Origin: Blastocatellia bacterium
Lineage (GTDB): Bacteria > Acidobacteriota > Blastocatellia > UBA7656
Assembly: GCA_041483295.1 (NCBI GenBank)
Contig: JBGPFL010000001.1
Location: forward strand, 1-39,672
Reading direction: 5' to 3'
DNA: 39,672 nucleotides
Shown here: piece by piece, positions 1 through 9,282 of the stretch
Numbering within the stretch: the first letter of the stretch is position 1
Layout of the letters: each line of letters starts with the position of its first letter
Made by a program: the position numbers and the translations under genes
Notes under the pieces: generated by a model
What the model was told of the DNA's origin: nothing
Database searches by the model: none
Seen by the model: only the letters and a program-made list of their open reading frames with translations

Positions 1-311
1 CAGTCGTCACCAATCGCTCGTGCCCTGGCTGGCGAGGGATCGGCTCTCCAGGTTCTCGGCAGTCGTGAAGGATCGACGTGAGCAATTAGCGAGTCGTCGA
101 TTCCAACTTCGAACAAAACATACTTCTCCAGCAGTTCGGGGGAGTCGAGGTGTACGAGCATCTCAAGCACGGCAAGCGATTGCGATTGTGCCGAGTACAC
201 GATGGAGGTCCCTGGATTATTCCAGCGACCTCCAAACATGCGTGCGCCCTCGCCGGTGAATGCAGTCTTGGCGTGCTTTCGCTTGGCAATTCGCCAAGCA
301 GTGAGCTTCAT
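1..311 (-). CDS. RES-domain toxin (RES family NAD+ phosphorylase type), 3' end cut by window edge
   Basis: Manual reverse translation from the ATG at 311 gives MKLTAWRIAKRKHAKTAFTGEGARMFGGRWNNPGTSIVYSAQSQSLAVLEMLVHL..., which contains the RES-type FGGRWN and LAVLE motifs. It stays open to position 1. Its ATG overlaps the TGA of the upstream antitoxin (ATGA), the usual arrangement for a type II TA pair. Confidence 0.8.
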   Translation of the reverse strand, partial: MKLTAWRIAKRKHAKTAFTGEGARMFGGRWNNPGTSIVYSAQSQSLAVLEMLVHLDSPELLEKYVLFEVGIDDSLIAHVDPSRLPRTWRADPSPARARAIGDD

Positions 312-934
312 GAAAAGACCCCGTGTTCGAGCCTGCCGATCAGGTTCTCTACCTCCCGAGCACCCAGTTCAGTGCGGCAATAGGTCAGAGGAGAAAAGTT
401 GCCCAAAGCTTTCTTGGGAGTGGTTAGCCACTTAACCGCCGCCACAGTGTCGCCCTCGAACAATTCGGTCGCTTTCTCGAATACGGTTGAGAGCCGAAGC
501 AATCGCTCGGACTCATCGGTCGAGAGCTTAGTCGCCGCCTTGCGTCGAGCAAGTGTTCGCTCCGGGATTCCAACGATCGCGGTGATCACGGATACGGATA
601 TGCCGCTATTCGAGGCGAAGGCCTGTAAAGCCTTAAAGGAGAACCCGCGTTCGAGCTGATGAATGAGATCATTGGTGTTCGAAGCGCTTAACCCCAAACT
701 GGCTCCCAGGGTCTTGGGGCGTACAATGCGAGAGGGGGAAGCACGGCGAGTAGAACGACTCGACTTGTGAGTTGGGGATTCAGCCACGGGATCAGGATAC
801 GATCGCTCCGCCAGAGTGTCAAGAAAAACTCCGCCAGGTGGCAGCCGACGGATCCTCCGAGCGGACTGGCAGTGACGCAGATCTTCAAGTCGCAATCGGG
901 TAGGATCGGGTATACTTGCGGGTATGTCTGACAT
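308..934 (-). CDS. Xre/MbcA/ParS-like antitoxin (DUF2384 toxin-binding domain) of the RES-Xre family
   Basis: The C-terminal part (STDESERLLRLSTVFEKATELFEGDTVAAVKWLTTPKKALGNFSPLTYCRTELGAREVENLIGRLEHGVFS) is the characteristic DUF2384 signature. The conserved region begins around aa 89. An alternative TTG start at 697, preceded by GGGAG, would give a 129-aa protein of more typical size, so the start is uncertain. Confidence 0.85.
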   Translation of the reverse strand: MSDIPASIPDPTRLRLEDLRHCQSARRIRRLPPGGVFLDTLAERSYPDPVAESPTHKSSRSTRRASPSRIVRPKTLGASLGLSASNTNDLIHQLERGFSFKALQAFASNSGISVSVITAIVGIPERTLARRKAATKLSTDESERLLRLSTVFEKATELFEGDTVAAVKWLTTPKKALGNFSPLTYCRTELGAREVENLIGRLEHGVFS

Positions 935-1991
935 GGTGGTTTCTCACGAGGCGCTGCGACTCATTGCCGAGATAGATGAGTTCAGGGGCCGCTGGGAAGC
1001 CCTGAAGACGCTATCTCCGGAGCGGTTGCTGGCGCTGCGGCGGGTTGCGACCATCGAAAGCATTGGCTCATCGACCAGGATCGAGGGCGTCAAGTTAGGC
1101 GATAGAGAGATCGAGACGCTGTTGGGAAACCTCAGAAGGTCTGAGTTCAGGTCACGTGACGAACAGGAAGTCGCCGGCTACGCCGAGGCGATGGATCTGG
1201 TCTTCCAATCCTGGGAGTCGCTGACGCTGACAGAGAACCATATCAAGCAACTACATTCGGTGTTGCTGGGGTTCAGCACCAAAGATGAGCACCACCGGGG
1301 GCAGTACAAGAAGTTGCCGAACAATGTTGTCGTCTATGACGAAGACGGCCGCGAGATAGGCGTGATTTTCGAGACGGCGGCCCCCTTCCAGACACCTTGG
1401 GAGGTGGAGCGGTTGGTGGAGTGGGCCAGCAGGGCACTTGAGGATAGAGCTATTCACCGGCTTCTGGTAATCGCTGGCTTTGTAGTCCGATTTTTGGCGA
1501 TCCATCCGTTTCAAGACGGGAATGGCCGACTGTCGCGAATCCTGACCACGTTACTCCTGCTGCGCGCCGGGTATCAGTACGTGCCTTACGCATCGCTGGA
1601 AAGCGTCATCGAGGAGAACAAAGATCTCTATTATGCGGCGCTGCGGAAGACGCAGATGACCATCAAACAGGAGGCCGCCGACTGGGAGCCGTGGGTAAGT
1701 TTTTTTCTCCGCTGCCTGAAGAAACAGAAGGACAATCTGAGTAAGAAGCTGGAGCGCGAGAGGATTTTGGCCGACACGCTGCCGCAGTTGTCGGTGAGGA
1801 TTCTGTCGCTGCTCAGAGAACATGATCGGCTGACAATTTCGGATTTAGAGAGGCTGACGGGAGGAAACAAGAATACGTTGAAGGTGCGATTGAGAGAGCT
1901 GATCACCTCGCGGCATATCACGAGACAGGGCAAGGCGAGGGCGACATGGTACACAATGAGCCCTGGGAGCGGTGCGGTGACCGATGAATAA
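924..1991 (+). CDS. Fic family protein (class II, N-terminal inhibitory motif) with C-terminal winged-helix domain
   Basis: Canonical Fic motif HPFQDGNGRLSR at nt 1503-1538. An (S/T)xxxE(G/N) inhibitory motif, STRIEG, lies at nt 1071-1088. The C-terminal stretch LTISDLERLTGGNKNTLKVRLRELI looks like a wHTH. Confidence 0.9.
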   Translation: MSDMVVSHEALRLIAEIDEFRGRWEALKTLSPERLLALRRVATIESIGSSTRIEGVKLGDREIETLLGNLRRSEFRSRDEQEVAGYAEAMDLVFQSWESLTLTENHIKQLHSVLLGFSTKDEHHRGQYKKLPNNVVVYDEDGREIGVIFETAAPFQTPWEVERLVEWASRALEDRAIHRLLVIAGFVVRFLAIHPFQDGNGRLSRILTTLLLLRAGYQYVPYASLESVIEENKDLYYAALRKTQMTIKQEAADWEPWVSFFLRCLKKQKDNLSKKLERERILADTLPQLSVRILSLLREHDRLTISDLERLTGGNKNTLKVRLRELITSRHITRQGKARATWYTMSPGSGAVTDE

Positions 1992-2356
1992 AGACAGAGC
2001 AAGGAAGGAGAGGGTATAACCTGCCGAGGCCCCCCACCGTCAATCGGCCCCGTAGCTAAGGCCGCCCAAGGCCACAGAGCACCAACGGTGGGTCTGATAA
2101 CCAATATTATGAAATACCTGTAGGCTGGACGACATAAATAAAGATAGGCGAGATGCTTCTGATTCAACCCTGACCGTGATACACACAAATGCGCGGTTGA
2201 GATGCTTTGGGTATAACATCACCAATTCACAGGCCAGGCACTTAAACCGTCTTGGTATCGCGGGTTGTGTCTGCGTTTGAAAGCACGCAAACGATCACTA
2301 CCCGAAGTTTCCGGGGGCTAAAGCTCCTACAGACCAAATTCGGCCGACATAGAAAA

Positions 2357-2749
2357 ATGGAACCTGTATACATGAGGTCCGATGCAAGGCAGATGGTCGG
2401 AGTCAAAGCAGATCCCTCACCTCTGCTGGGCTCCTGGACCAATACCAACCCCGAAACTGATTACATCTCCCGGGTCATAGTTCGAGAGATCAATAGCGCC
2501 ATTGTCGTACACGCCTACGGAGCAAGCTCGCCGGAGCCGATCGACTGGGGTGAGGTTGAAGCGACCCCCTATGTCGTGGGATCCACACAGGAGTGCGCCG
2601 GATTCTATGCCCGATACGCATTCGACTCGGGGGAAACTCATCTTGCAGCAAATCAGAAATTGGGAATTCTCGTGATCCAAAGCTACACCTCATTCAGAGA
2701 TGGCAGCGGCCGTTTGAGTCATTACGCTAGAGAGTTCTTTCATCGATAG
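2357..2749 (+). CDS. small hypothetical protein, paralog A (GxWxNxNP motif, predicted beta-barrel/calycin-like)
   Basis: Aligns along its whole length with the next ORF (PLLGSWTNTNPETDYI / PLLGTWVNSNPATEWI, DWGEV, HLAAN, REF). The ORF is open from 2252. ATG 2357 or ATG 2372 fit the paralog's length best. There is no clear SD. Confidence 0.55.
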   Translation: MEPVYMRSDARQMVGVKADPSPLLGSWTNTNPETDYISRVIVREINSAIVVHAYGASSPEPIDWGEVEATPYVVGSTQECAGFYARYAFDSGETHLAANQKLGILVIQSYTSFRDGSGRLSHYAREFFHR

Positions 2750-2825
2750 CCGGAACCGCAAACAGCGCTAGCCGGAGCCGGAGAAAAGCAGGACCCGCCA
2801 CGGGAAGGAATGAGGTTCAGAACGT

Positions 2826-3200
2826 ATGACATCTGATGAGCCCTTGTCTGATAAAGACCGATCACAGGTCGACATAACGCCTCTGTTGGGCACCTGGGTC
2901 AATTCCAATCCCGCGACAGAATGGATCACGAAGTTCACCCTCGCTAAGAAGGGAGAGACCTTTACCATATCCACATCCAGCGCTCGGAAACCCTTCGACT
3001 GGGGCGAAGTGAAAATCACCACCTATTCCGACAACATCGGTGAAACAGCTTTCCTCGCTTTCTATGATCTGGGCTTCGTGAAGTCGCATCTGGCCGCAAA
3101 TACTAACAAGGGTCTTATCGTGGTCGCGGCGTTTCACAGGTTCAAGGACTCCGAGCGGCCGAATTTCCTGTGCAGGGAGTTCTACTACCGAGAGCAATGA
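2826..3200 (+). CDS. small hypothetical protein, paralog B (GxWxNxNP motif, predicted beta-barrel/calycin-like)
   Basis: 124-aa ORF sharing conserved blocks with 2357-2749. It lies immediately upstream of the LLM genes on the same strand. Confidence 0.6.
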   Translation: MTSDEPLSDKDRSQVDITPLLGTWVNSNPATEWITKFTLAKKGETFTISTSSARKPFDWGEVKITTYSDNIGETAFLAFYDLGFVKSHLAANTNKGLIVVAAFHRFKDSERPNFLCREFYYREQ

Positions 3201-3243
3201 AGGCACTCGCAGCGGCGAGCTTTCAAAGAAAGGAGGAAGCTCG

Positions 3244-4356
3244 ATGCCCTTGAGATTTCATTGGAGCCTGTCTCAGGTTGGCGACAAGTTTAGAAGGGCC
3301 AACTCCACCGAGCTTATGAAAGGCCTCCCTGACCTCGAAGCTCAGCTCGAGTTTTGTCGCCGCGCTGAGGACTGCGGAATCGACTCCGTATTGATGGCCG
3401 TTGGATTCACCAGGCCCGATCCGATGGCGCTCTCCGTCGCGCTGGGGATGGCGACAGGGAAGATCAAGTTCATGATTGCCTGCCGCCCCGGGCTGTTGTC
3501 TCCCACACTCTTCGTTCAGCAGATCAACACCGTTTCGGCGCTAACCAATGGACGGGTCTGCATAAACATTGTGGCCGGCCATTCTCCTCACGAACTGCGC
3601 TATTACGGGGATTGGCTCCCGCACGACGAGAGGTATGAGCGCACCGACGAGTTCCTCTCTATTTGCCGGGGATTCTGGCAGCGCGACGGAGAAGTCACCT
3701 GCAATGGCAAGTACTACCAGATCGAAGCGGGGAGACTGAACACGCCATTCGTGTCACCCGAACGTCTCTCACCGGAAATCTTCCTCGGCGGCAATTCAGA
3801 GCAGGCCGAGCAGCTAGCCATCAAGCACGCCGACTGTTGGTGGCGGTTCGCCGATACGCCCGAGAGCCTTCGCCCACACGTGCAAACAACAATCGGTCAT
3901 AAGGTCGAGGTAGGACTTCTCGTTTCAATCCTGGCGAGGCCGACGCGTGACGAAGCGCTGCGCGACGCCTATTCGATGATCGAGATGCTCGATAAGAGAT
4001 CGAACACAGTCGGCAACCTCGGCAAGCCCGGCAAGGAGTTCGCACAAAAGACCGATTCCGTAGCGTTCAGATCGACGCTGGAGCTGGCTGAGAAAGGAGA
4101 ATCCGACTGGCTGACTCCCTGCCTGTGGACGGGTGCGATTCCGTACCTCGGATCTCCCGCCATCGCACTGGTCGGATCCCCGGAAGAGGTCGCGTCCGCC
4201 ATTATGCAGTACAAAAGCATAGGCGTCTCTCAGTTCCTTTTCATGGGATGGCCCGACCTGGAGGAGATGGAGTATTTCGCCAAAGAGATACTGCCTCTCA
4301 TCAGGAAGAAGGAGGAGGAAGCTGAGGATCGAGTCGAAGCAGACTCTGCTGCGTGA
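3244..4356 (+). CDS. LLM-class flavin-dependent monooxygenase (SsuD/SfnG-like luciferase-like family)
   Basis: Strong SD (AAAGGAGGAAG) upstream of the ATG. The N-terminus (LRFHWSL...DSVLMAVGFTRPDP...INIVAGHSP...YERTDEFLSICRGFW) is typical of luciferase-like monooxygenases. Confidence 0.9.
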   Translation: MPLRFHWSLSQVGDKFRRANSTELMKGLPDLEAQLEFCRRAEDCGIDSVLMAVGFTRPDPMALSVALGMATGKIKFMIACRPGLLSPTLFVQQINTVSALTNGRVCINIVAGHSPHELRYYGDWLPHDERYERTDEFLSICRGFWQRDGEVTCNGKYYQIEAGRLNTPFVSPERLSPEIFLGGNSEQAEQLAIKHADCWWRFADTPESLRPHVQTTIGHKVEVGLLVSILARPTRDEALRDAYSMIEMLDKRSNTVGNLGKPGKEFAQKTDSVAFRSTLELAEKGESDWLTPCLWTGAIPYLGSPAIALVGSPEEVASAIMQYKSIGVSQFLFMGWPDLEEMEYFAKEILPLIRKKEEEAEDRVEADSAA

Positions 4357-4361
4357 TAGCG

Positions 4362-5459
4362 ATGGATAAGCCTTTGAGATTCCATTGGAGACTGCCATTT
4401 GGGGGAGAGACCTCGGTAATAACCAGGTCCGCTCAGGCCGACCTGTCTGCCATCGGCCTGCCGGACCTCGATGCGCAAATCGCTTTTTGTCGCGCCGCCG
4501 AGGAGGCCGGGGTCGATTCTTTGCTGACCGACTTTGGATTCGCCAAGCCGGATCCGATTTTGCTCGCGGCATCTCTGGGCATGCCAACAGAGCAAATCAA
4601 GTTCATCATCGCCTATCGCTCGGGACTCATGTCTCCAGCTACATTCGTTCAACAACTCAATACTCTTTCAACGCTGATAAAGGGCCGCTTCTCTCTCAAC
4701 ATCGTCGCCGGCTACTCACCGCAAGAGCAGCGTTCTTATGGAGACTTTCTCTCGCACGACGCGAGATATGAGCGAACGACCGAATTTTTATCGATCTGTC
4801 GTTCATTCTGGAACAATAACGGCGAGGTCTCTTTTGACGGGAAATACTACAAGATCGAGAACGGGAGACTGAACACGCCGTTCGTCAACAGCGACCGGAC
4901 ATTTCCGGAGATCCTCGTCTCCGGGAGTTCGCCGCCGGCAAAGAAGCTCGCAATCGAGTGCGGGACCTGTTGGATGAGGCTGGCCGACACACCGGACCGC
5001 CTGCGTTCGGAAACTCTGGAGATGGCCCGGCAGGTGGACGTTGGGCTGCGCCTGGCGGTTATCGCGAGGCCCAACCGCGAAGAGGCCCTGCAAGTCGCCT
5101 ACTCCCTCATCGATGGCCCCGACGCCAAGCAGCAGGAGAAGAGACTGGTCCAGGCCAGCGACTCTGTCTCGATCAAAGCGACATATGAACTTGCCGGCAC
5201 AGAATGGCTCTCCGATCGTATGTGGACCGGTGCTGTCCGCGCTTATGGACCAACTTCGATTGCGCTGGTAGGGTCGTCGGAGGAGGTTGCCTCGGCGTTC
5301 ATCGAATACAAGAGAATCGGCGTCTCACAATTCATTCTGGCAGGGTGGCCGAAACGGGGTGAAATGACTCGCTTCGGAAGGGAGGTTCTTCCCCTCATCA
5401 GACAAAAGGAAGCTGAGCTTGACGGTAGAAATTTGGCGGCAGGCGGCGCTTCTACGTAG
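4362..5459 (+). CDS. LLM-class flavin-dependent monooxygenase, tandem paralog
   Basis: Colinear paralog of the preceding ORF (MDKPLRFHWRL vs MPLRFHWSL; LNIVAGYSP; YERTTEFLSICRSFW). The ORF track starts at GTG 4353, but ATG 4362 matches the paralog's N-terminus. Confidence 0.9.
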   Translation: MDKPLRFHWRLPFGGETSVITRSAQADLSAIGLPDLDAQIAFCRAAEEAGVDSLLTDFGFAKPDPILLAASLGMPTEQIKFIIAYRSGLMSPATFVQQLNTLSTLIKGRFSLNIVAGYSPQEQRSYGDFLSHDARYERTTEFLSICRSFWNNNGEVSFDGKYYKIENGRLNTPFVNSDRTFPEILVSGSSPPAKKLAIECGTCWMRLADTPDRLRSETLEMARQVDVGLRLAVIARPNREEALQVAYSLIDGPDAKQQEKRLVQASDSVSIKATYELAGTEWLSDRMWTGAVRAYGPTSIALVGSSEEVASAFIEYKRIGVSQFILAGWPKRGEMTRFGREVLPLIRQKEAELDGRNLAAGGAST

Positions 5460-5470
5460 GACCTGCGACG

Positions 5471-6211
5471 ATGTCGTTTGTGACAAGAAACTACGGACAG
5501 TTTGCGTACTTTGACGCGCAGCTAGGCAGGCCGGACTGGCGGGCTAAGAAGGTTCTGGACTTTGGCGGCAATACCGGTAACCTGCTGAAGGACTCGAACT
5601 CGACTGTAGAACCTGAGAACTACTGGTGTATCGATGTTTCGATAGATGCAGTTGGAGCTGGTCAAAGGGACCATCCCACGGCGCATTTCATATTCTATGA
5701 CCGCTACAGTTTTGAGTATAACCCCGAAGGGATAAGAGACCTCGAGATACCTGATACCGGAACCACGTTTGATTACATACTCGCTCTATCGGTCTTCACC
5801 CATACACCCAGGTCAGAAATGCTGGAACTGGTACGGCGCCTTAAGGCGGTGTTGAAGCCGAACGGTGTCGAGGCATTCACGTTTCTCGATCCGCGATACG
5901 TCCCCGAGGACAGTGGTTTATGCAATCTTGAGCACTACATGACGGACGATAATAGATTGTGCAATCGCCTGACCCTCGATGTGGATTCAGTCATGGAAAG
6001 AGCCTGCGACGCTAGCTGGTGTACGCTGGTGAATCAAGATCTCTATATCGAGAGTGACGCACTTGATCGTTGTCTCGATCGCGGACAAAACGGCTACCTG
6101 GCATTTTATACAGTCGAGTATATAAAGAGTGTTTTTCCTGGCGCTGAGATTTGCGCCCCAGTTGGTTCCTTTCCGTTTACCAGGCAGCATTGCTGCGTGA
6201 TCGGAAATTGA
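5471..6211 (+). CDS. class I SAM-dependent methyltransferase
   Basis: Motif I-like VLDFGGNTGNL, plus a post-I/II arrangement (DYILALSVFTH, LKPNG). Confidence 0.7.
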   Translation: MSFVTRNYGQFAYFDAQLGRPDWRAKKVLDFGGNTGNLLKDSNSTVEPENYWCIDVSIDAVGAGQRDHPTAHFIFYDRYSFEYNPEGIRDLEIPDTGTTFDYILALSVFTHTPRSEMLELVRRLKAVLKPNGVEAFTFLDPRYVPEDSGLCNLEHYMTDDNRLCNRLTLDVDSVMERACDASWCTLVNQDLYIESDALDRCLDRGQNGYLAFYTVEYIKSVFPGAEICAPVGSFPFTRQHCCVIGN

Positions 6212-6254
6212 GGAGTCAATAAGCCAGTCGTAGAGGTTGGAATCGGGAGCGTTG

Positions 6255-6890
6255 ATGATGTCAAATACGCCGCAGGCAGTCTATCAGATTGAGCCCACCA
6301 GATACGACTTTGCTCCAAACTGCGTCTGGACGTTTAAGGTCCCGGACTATGAGGAGCTGAATCGTCGCCTCTTGCACCTTATAAGAACGGAAAGAGAGAA
6401 GTGCCCGGAAAGCCGCGAATGCGCCGGCCGCGAGATGTGGCAGAGTCAAAGGCAGGTAGGGGAAGACCCGCCCGTCAGAGACTTGTTCAGATCGATCTTT
6501 CGCGTAGCGGACCAGATCGCAGACTTTCTGAAATGGGACGTAGACGGCCGACAGGCTGTTTGTAAAGTGTGCTGGGCCAACATACACCCGACGGGTTCTT
6601 ATCACACAAGGCATATTCATCCCGCCACGATTCACCTGAGCGGGGTCTACTACGTCGATGCGCCGCCCAACTGCGGCGACATCGTGTTTCACGATTTACC
6701 GCGCTTTCTCGGCTTATGGGGAACCGCCCCAAAAACACTCGAGCCAACCTATCACAACATCTCGAAGTTCTCGGTAAAACCGGAGGCGGGTCTTTGCGTT
6801 CTTTTTCCGGCTTACATGATGCACGAGGTTGAAACGAACAGAAGCCAGGGGGACCGGGTAGGCATCGCATTCAATATCAATTTCGAGTAG
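6255..6890 (+). CDS. TIGR02466-like putative 2OG-Fe(II) oxygenase (2OG-FeII_Oxy_5 type)
   Basis: WANIHPTGSYHTRHIHP...LSGVYYVDAP...GDIVFHD...LFPAYMMHEV matches the family signature as I recall it. GGAG lies 5 nt upstream of ATG 6255. The ORF track begins at TTG 6237. Confidence 0.7.
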   Translation: MMSNTPQAVYQIEPTRYDFAPNCVWTFKVPDYEELNRRLLHLIRTEREKCPESRECAGREMWQSQRQVGEDPPVRDLFRSIFRVADQIADFLKWDVDGRQAVCKVCWANIHPTGSYHTRHIHPATIHLSGVYYVDAPPNCGDIVFHDLPRFLGLWGTAPKTLEPTYHNISKFSVKPEAGLCVLFPAYMMHEVETNRSQGDRVGIAFNINFE

Positions 6891-6918
6891 GAGCTCAACT
6901 GAGCACGGGGCGGCGCGG

Positions 6919-7638
6919 ATGAATGATAATCAAGAGACTGGGTTAATCAGTCCAACAATGATTCTCAATTCTCTCTCAGAGTACGGCTATGCTCACATAA
7001 GAGAACCTGTGTCGTTGGAAGCCTTCGAATTTCTCTCAAGCGAAATAGGAACCATCGAACTGCGAACCGACATCAAGGTCGATAGGAAAGTGGAGGCGCT
7101 CCAGGCCCGGAACCGGATCACGGGCGGCCGGCCGAGCACATATCAGGCGGACCCGCTTGAGTTCCATTCGGACAATCCTCGAATGAACGTACTGGCCTGG
7201 TACTGTGTTGAGCAGGATGAGATTGACGGCGCCACCCGGTTGATCGATACGAGTAACGTCGTAGAACACTTCTCGGAGGATGAGTTGACTGTCTTAACCG
7301 GCATCAACGTCAGATACTCGGTGTGGCAGCCGGGATCTGACAGGGAATCCTTCCTCAACGAGCCTCTGCTGACCAAGACCGCTTTCGGTTATCGCACGTA
7401 CTATCAGTCCTGGTTATTACTCGATCCATATTCCGACGAGCAGGTGGCTGCACTGAACAAGTTTGCGAGCTACATACACCATATGCGAGAGGCGCACTCG
7501 ACAGACGTGAAGCTTGCGAAAGACGAATGCCTGTTCATTGACAATCGGCGCATTCTCCATGGAAGAAACGCGCTAGGGTACGGCAGCAAGAGGCATCTGA
7601 TCCGCCTGTACATTCGGTCTGCCCATCTATGGGGCTGA
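6919..7638 (+). CDS. TauD/TfdA-family Fe(II)/2-oxoglutarate dioxygenase
   Basis: HxD facial triad context (EFHSDNP...LAWYCV...GATRLID) and distal His (RRILHGRNA). At 239 aa it is shorter than E. coli TauD. Confidence 0.8.
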   Translation: MNDNQETGLISPTMILNSLSEYGYAHIREPVSLEAFEFLSSEIGTIELRTDIKVDRKVEALQARNRITGGRPSTYQADPLEFHSDNPRMNVLAWYCVEQDEIDGATRLIDTSNVVEHFSEDELTVLTGINVRYSVWQPGSDRESFLNEPLLTKTAFGYRTYYQSWLLLDPYSDEQVAALNKFASYIHHMREAHSTDVKLAKDECLFIDNRRILHGRNALGYGSKRHLIRLYIRSAHLWG

Positions 7639-7705
7639 GAACTTATAGAATGCAGGTGTTTCTTAAGTCGCCGACCGCTTCAGCGCACGAAGAGCTGATG
7701 GATAG

Positions 7706-8611
7706 ATGGGGTGCAGTCGACTGAAGAAGCTGTCGAATGTCCAAAGGAGAGATTATACATTGACTTCGAGTAACGGGACAGAAGTGGGACGCAGGATTCT
7801 CCGCTCTATTTCCAGCGAACAGCTTGTTCGCTACGAGGCCGACGGAGTCATTTTCCCGATCCCTGTTCTCACACCGGACGAATTGACAGTATTCAAAGCG
7901 GGCTTCGACGAGGTAGAGGCCCGCGTATTGGACAGATTTCACTACGCAGTATTCGCGCACCTTTATTTCCGCTGGGCTTATGATCTGGCTACTCACCCGG
8001 CCGTTGTGGACGCAGTAGAGGATGTACTTGGCCCGGAGATCCTCGTCTACGGAACCCTGATTATCTGCAAGGAACCTCATACTATGGGCTACGTATCCTG
8101 GCATCAGGACGGCGAAGGTATGGGAAAGGCGCCCTCGGTGTCGGCATGGGTAGGTCTGACCGAGAGTACCCCGGAGAGCGGGTGCATGCGTGTGCTTGCC
8201 GGGTCGCACAGGCTGGAAAGGCTTCCACATGTCAGGACGTATATGGGTGGGGACAACATGCTACGGGATGGCGTTGAGATTCGGCACGACGTTCGTGATG
8301 AGGAAGCTACGGACGTCATTCTGGAAGTCGGCGAGATGTCCCTGCACCATAAGAACATCATTCATGGATCGAATCCGAATAGATCCGGCGGTCGGAGAGT
8401 CGGATTCATCATAAGGTTTGTCACCCCGGAGTTGAAAGAAAGCCGGCATCCATTGATCCGTGTCCGAGGCAACGGCGATTGCAGCCACCTCAGCACGATA
8501 GGCGGGCCGCCAGCCGGCGATCTCGACGATTCGATCGCGGAGTGGCAACGGCGGACCGGAGAACCAGGCGGGTCGGTCTTGCGCTTCCCTGCCCCATCGA
8601 ATCTTGACTGA
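7706..8611 (+). CDS. phytanoyl-CoA dioxygenase (PhyH) family protein
   Basis: VSWHQDGEG (HxD), SAWVGL, LHHKNIIHGSNPNRS...RVGFIIRF. An alternative TTG start at 7760 follows AAAGGAGAG. Confidence 0.85.
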   Translation: MGCSRLKKLSNVQRRDYTLTSSNGTEVGRRILRSISSEQLVRYEADGVIFPIPVLTPDELTVFKAGFDEVEARVLDRFHYAVFAHLYFRWAYDLATHPAVVDAVEDVLGPEILVYGTLIICKEPHTMGYVSWHQDGEGMGKAPSVSAWVGLTESTPESGCMRVLAGSHRLERLPHVRTYMGGDNMLRDGVEIRHDVRDEEATDVILEVGEMSLHHKNIIHGSNPNRSGGRRVGFIIRFVTPELKESRHPLIRVRGNGDCSHLSTIGGPPAGDLDDSIAEWQRRTGEPGGSVLRFPAPSNLD

Positions 8612-8631
8612 CAGTTCAAGGAGGGTTGGCA

Positions 8632-9282
8632 ATGTTCTTGCCGGACGTTTTCGATTCAAACTTTGAACTTCCCAACGACAAGGTTTGTATTCTTGCGCCC
8701 GGCCCCAATGGGAGGGAACATTATGCGAAAATACCGGCCGACTTTTGCGTGATAGCGGTTGCCAAGGCGATCCTGATTCCCGACCTCAGAGCCGACATAT
8801 GGATGATGACTCATAGTCATCAGGACTGGTATTCACAGGCTGATGAGGCCTTCGATGGTGTGCGGATTTACAGCTACGAAGCTGCTATGGCCGCGCTGCC
8901 GTCACTGGCTGGAAAGAAGAACTGCTACTATTTCATGCCGGTGCGGGACCTGCTCGACCCCACTGTCATCAAGCCGATCGAGGGCCTAATCAGATACGGT
9001 GGAACAATCGTCGGCAACGCCATTCAACTGGCATACAACTTCGGCGCAAAAGAGATTCTGATTTGCGGCGCCGATATGTCGGGGGATGGATATTGGGATG
9101 GAAGCATGAACATCGAGCGTCAACATGGCGAGGTATGGGAGGCTGTTCCAAGAGTCAATCGATTGGTGAAATGGCTGCGAGACGAGAAGGGCATAAAAAT
9201 GTCCACCCTCAGTCCCACAAACATCGATATGGAGGAGTATAGGCCTGAAGGAATCACTACTAGGTCCCATGCGAATGAGTAG
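8632..9282 (+). CDS. DUF115 / Maf-like (MptE-like) putative glycosyltransferase-type protein
   Basis: AGGAGG lies 7 nt upstream of ATG 8632. The Rossmann-like VCILAPGPNG start and the GGTIVGNAIQLAYNFGAKEILICGADMSG block resemble the DUF115 core. This is a motif-level call only. Confidence 0.45.
   Translation: MFLPDVFDSNFELPNDKVCILAPGPNGREHYAKIPADFCVIAVAKAILIPDLRADIWMMTHSHQDWYSQADEAFDGVRIYSYEAAMAALPSLAGKKNCYYFMPVRDLLDPTVIKPIEGLIRYGGTIVGNAIQLAYNFGAKEILICGADMSGDGYWDGSMNIERQHGEVWEAVPRVNRLVKWLRDEKGIKMSTLSPTNIDMEEYRPEGITTRSHANE

Noticed and set aside
3925-4587. 220-aa minus-strand ORF spanning the junction of the two LLM genes (similarly 7643-8230, 10390-10965, 1631-2188, 35847-36473, 36918-37520)
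   Set aside because: All are antisense to confidently assigned genes and Arg/Ser/Pro-rich. They are most simply explained as frame shadows in GC-rich DNA.
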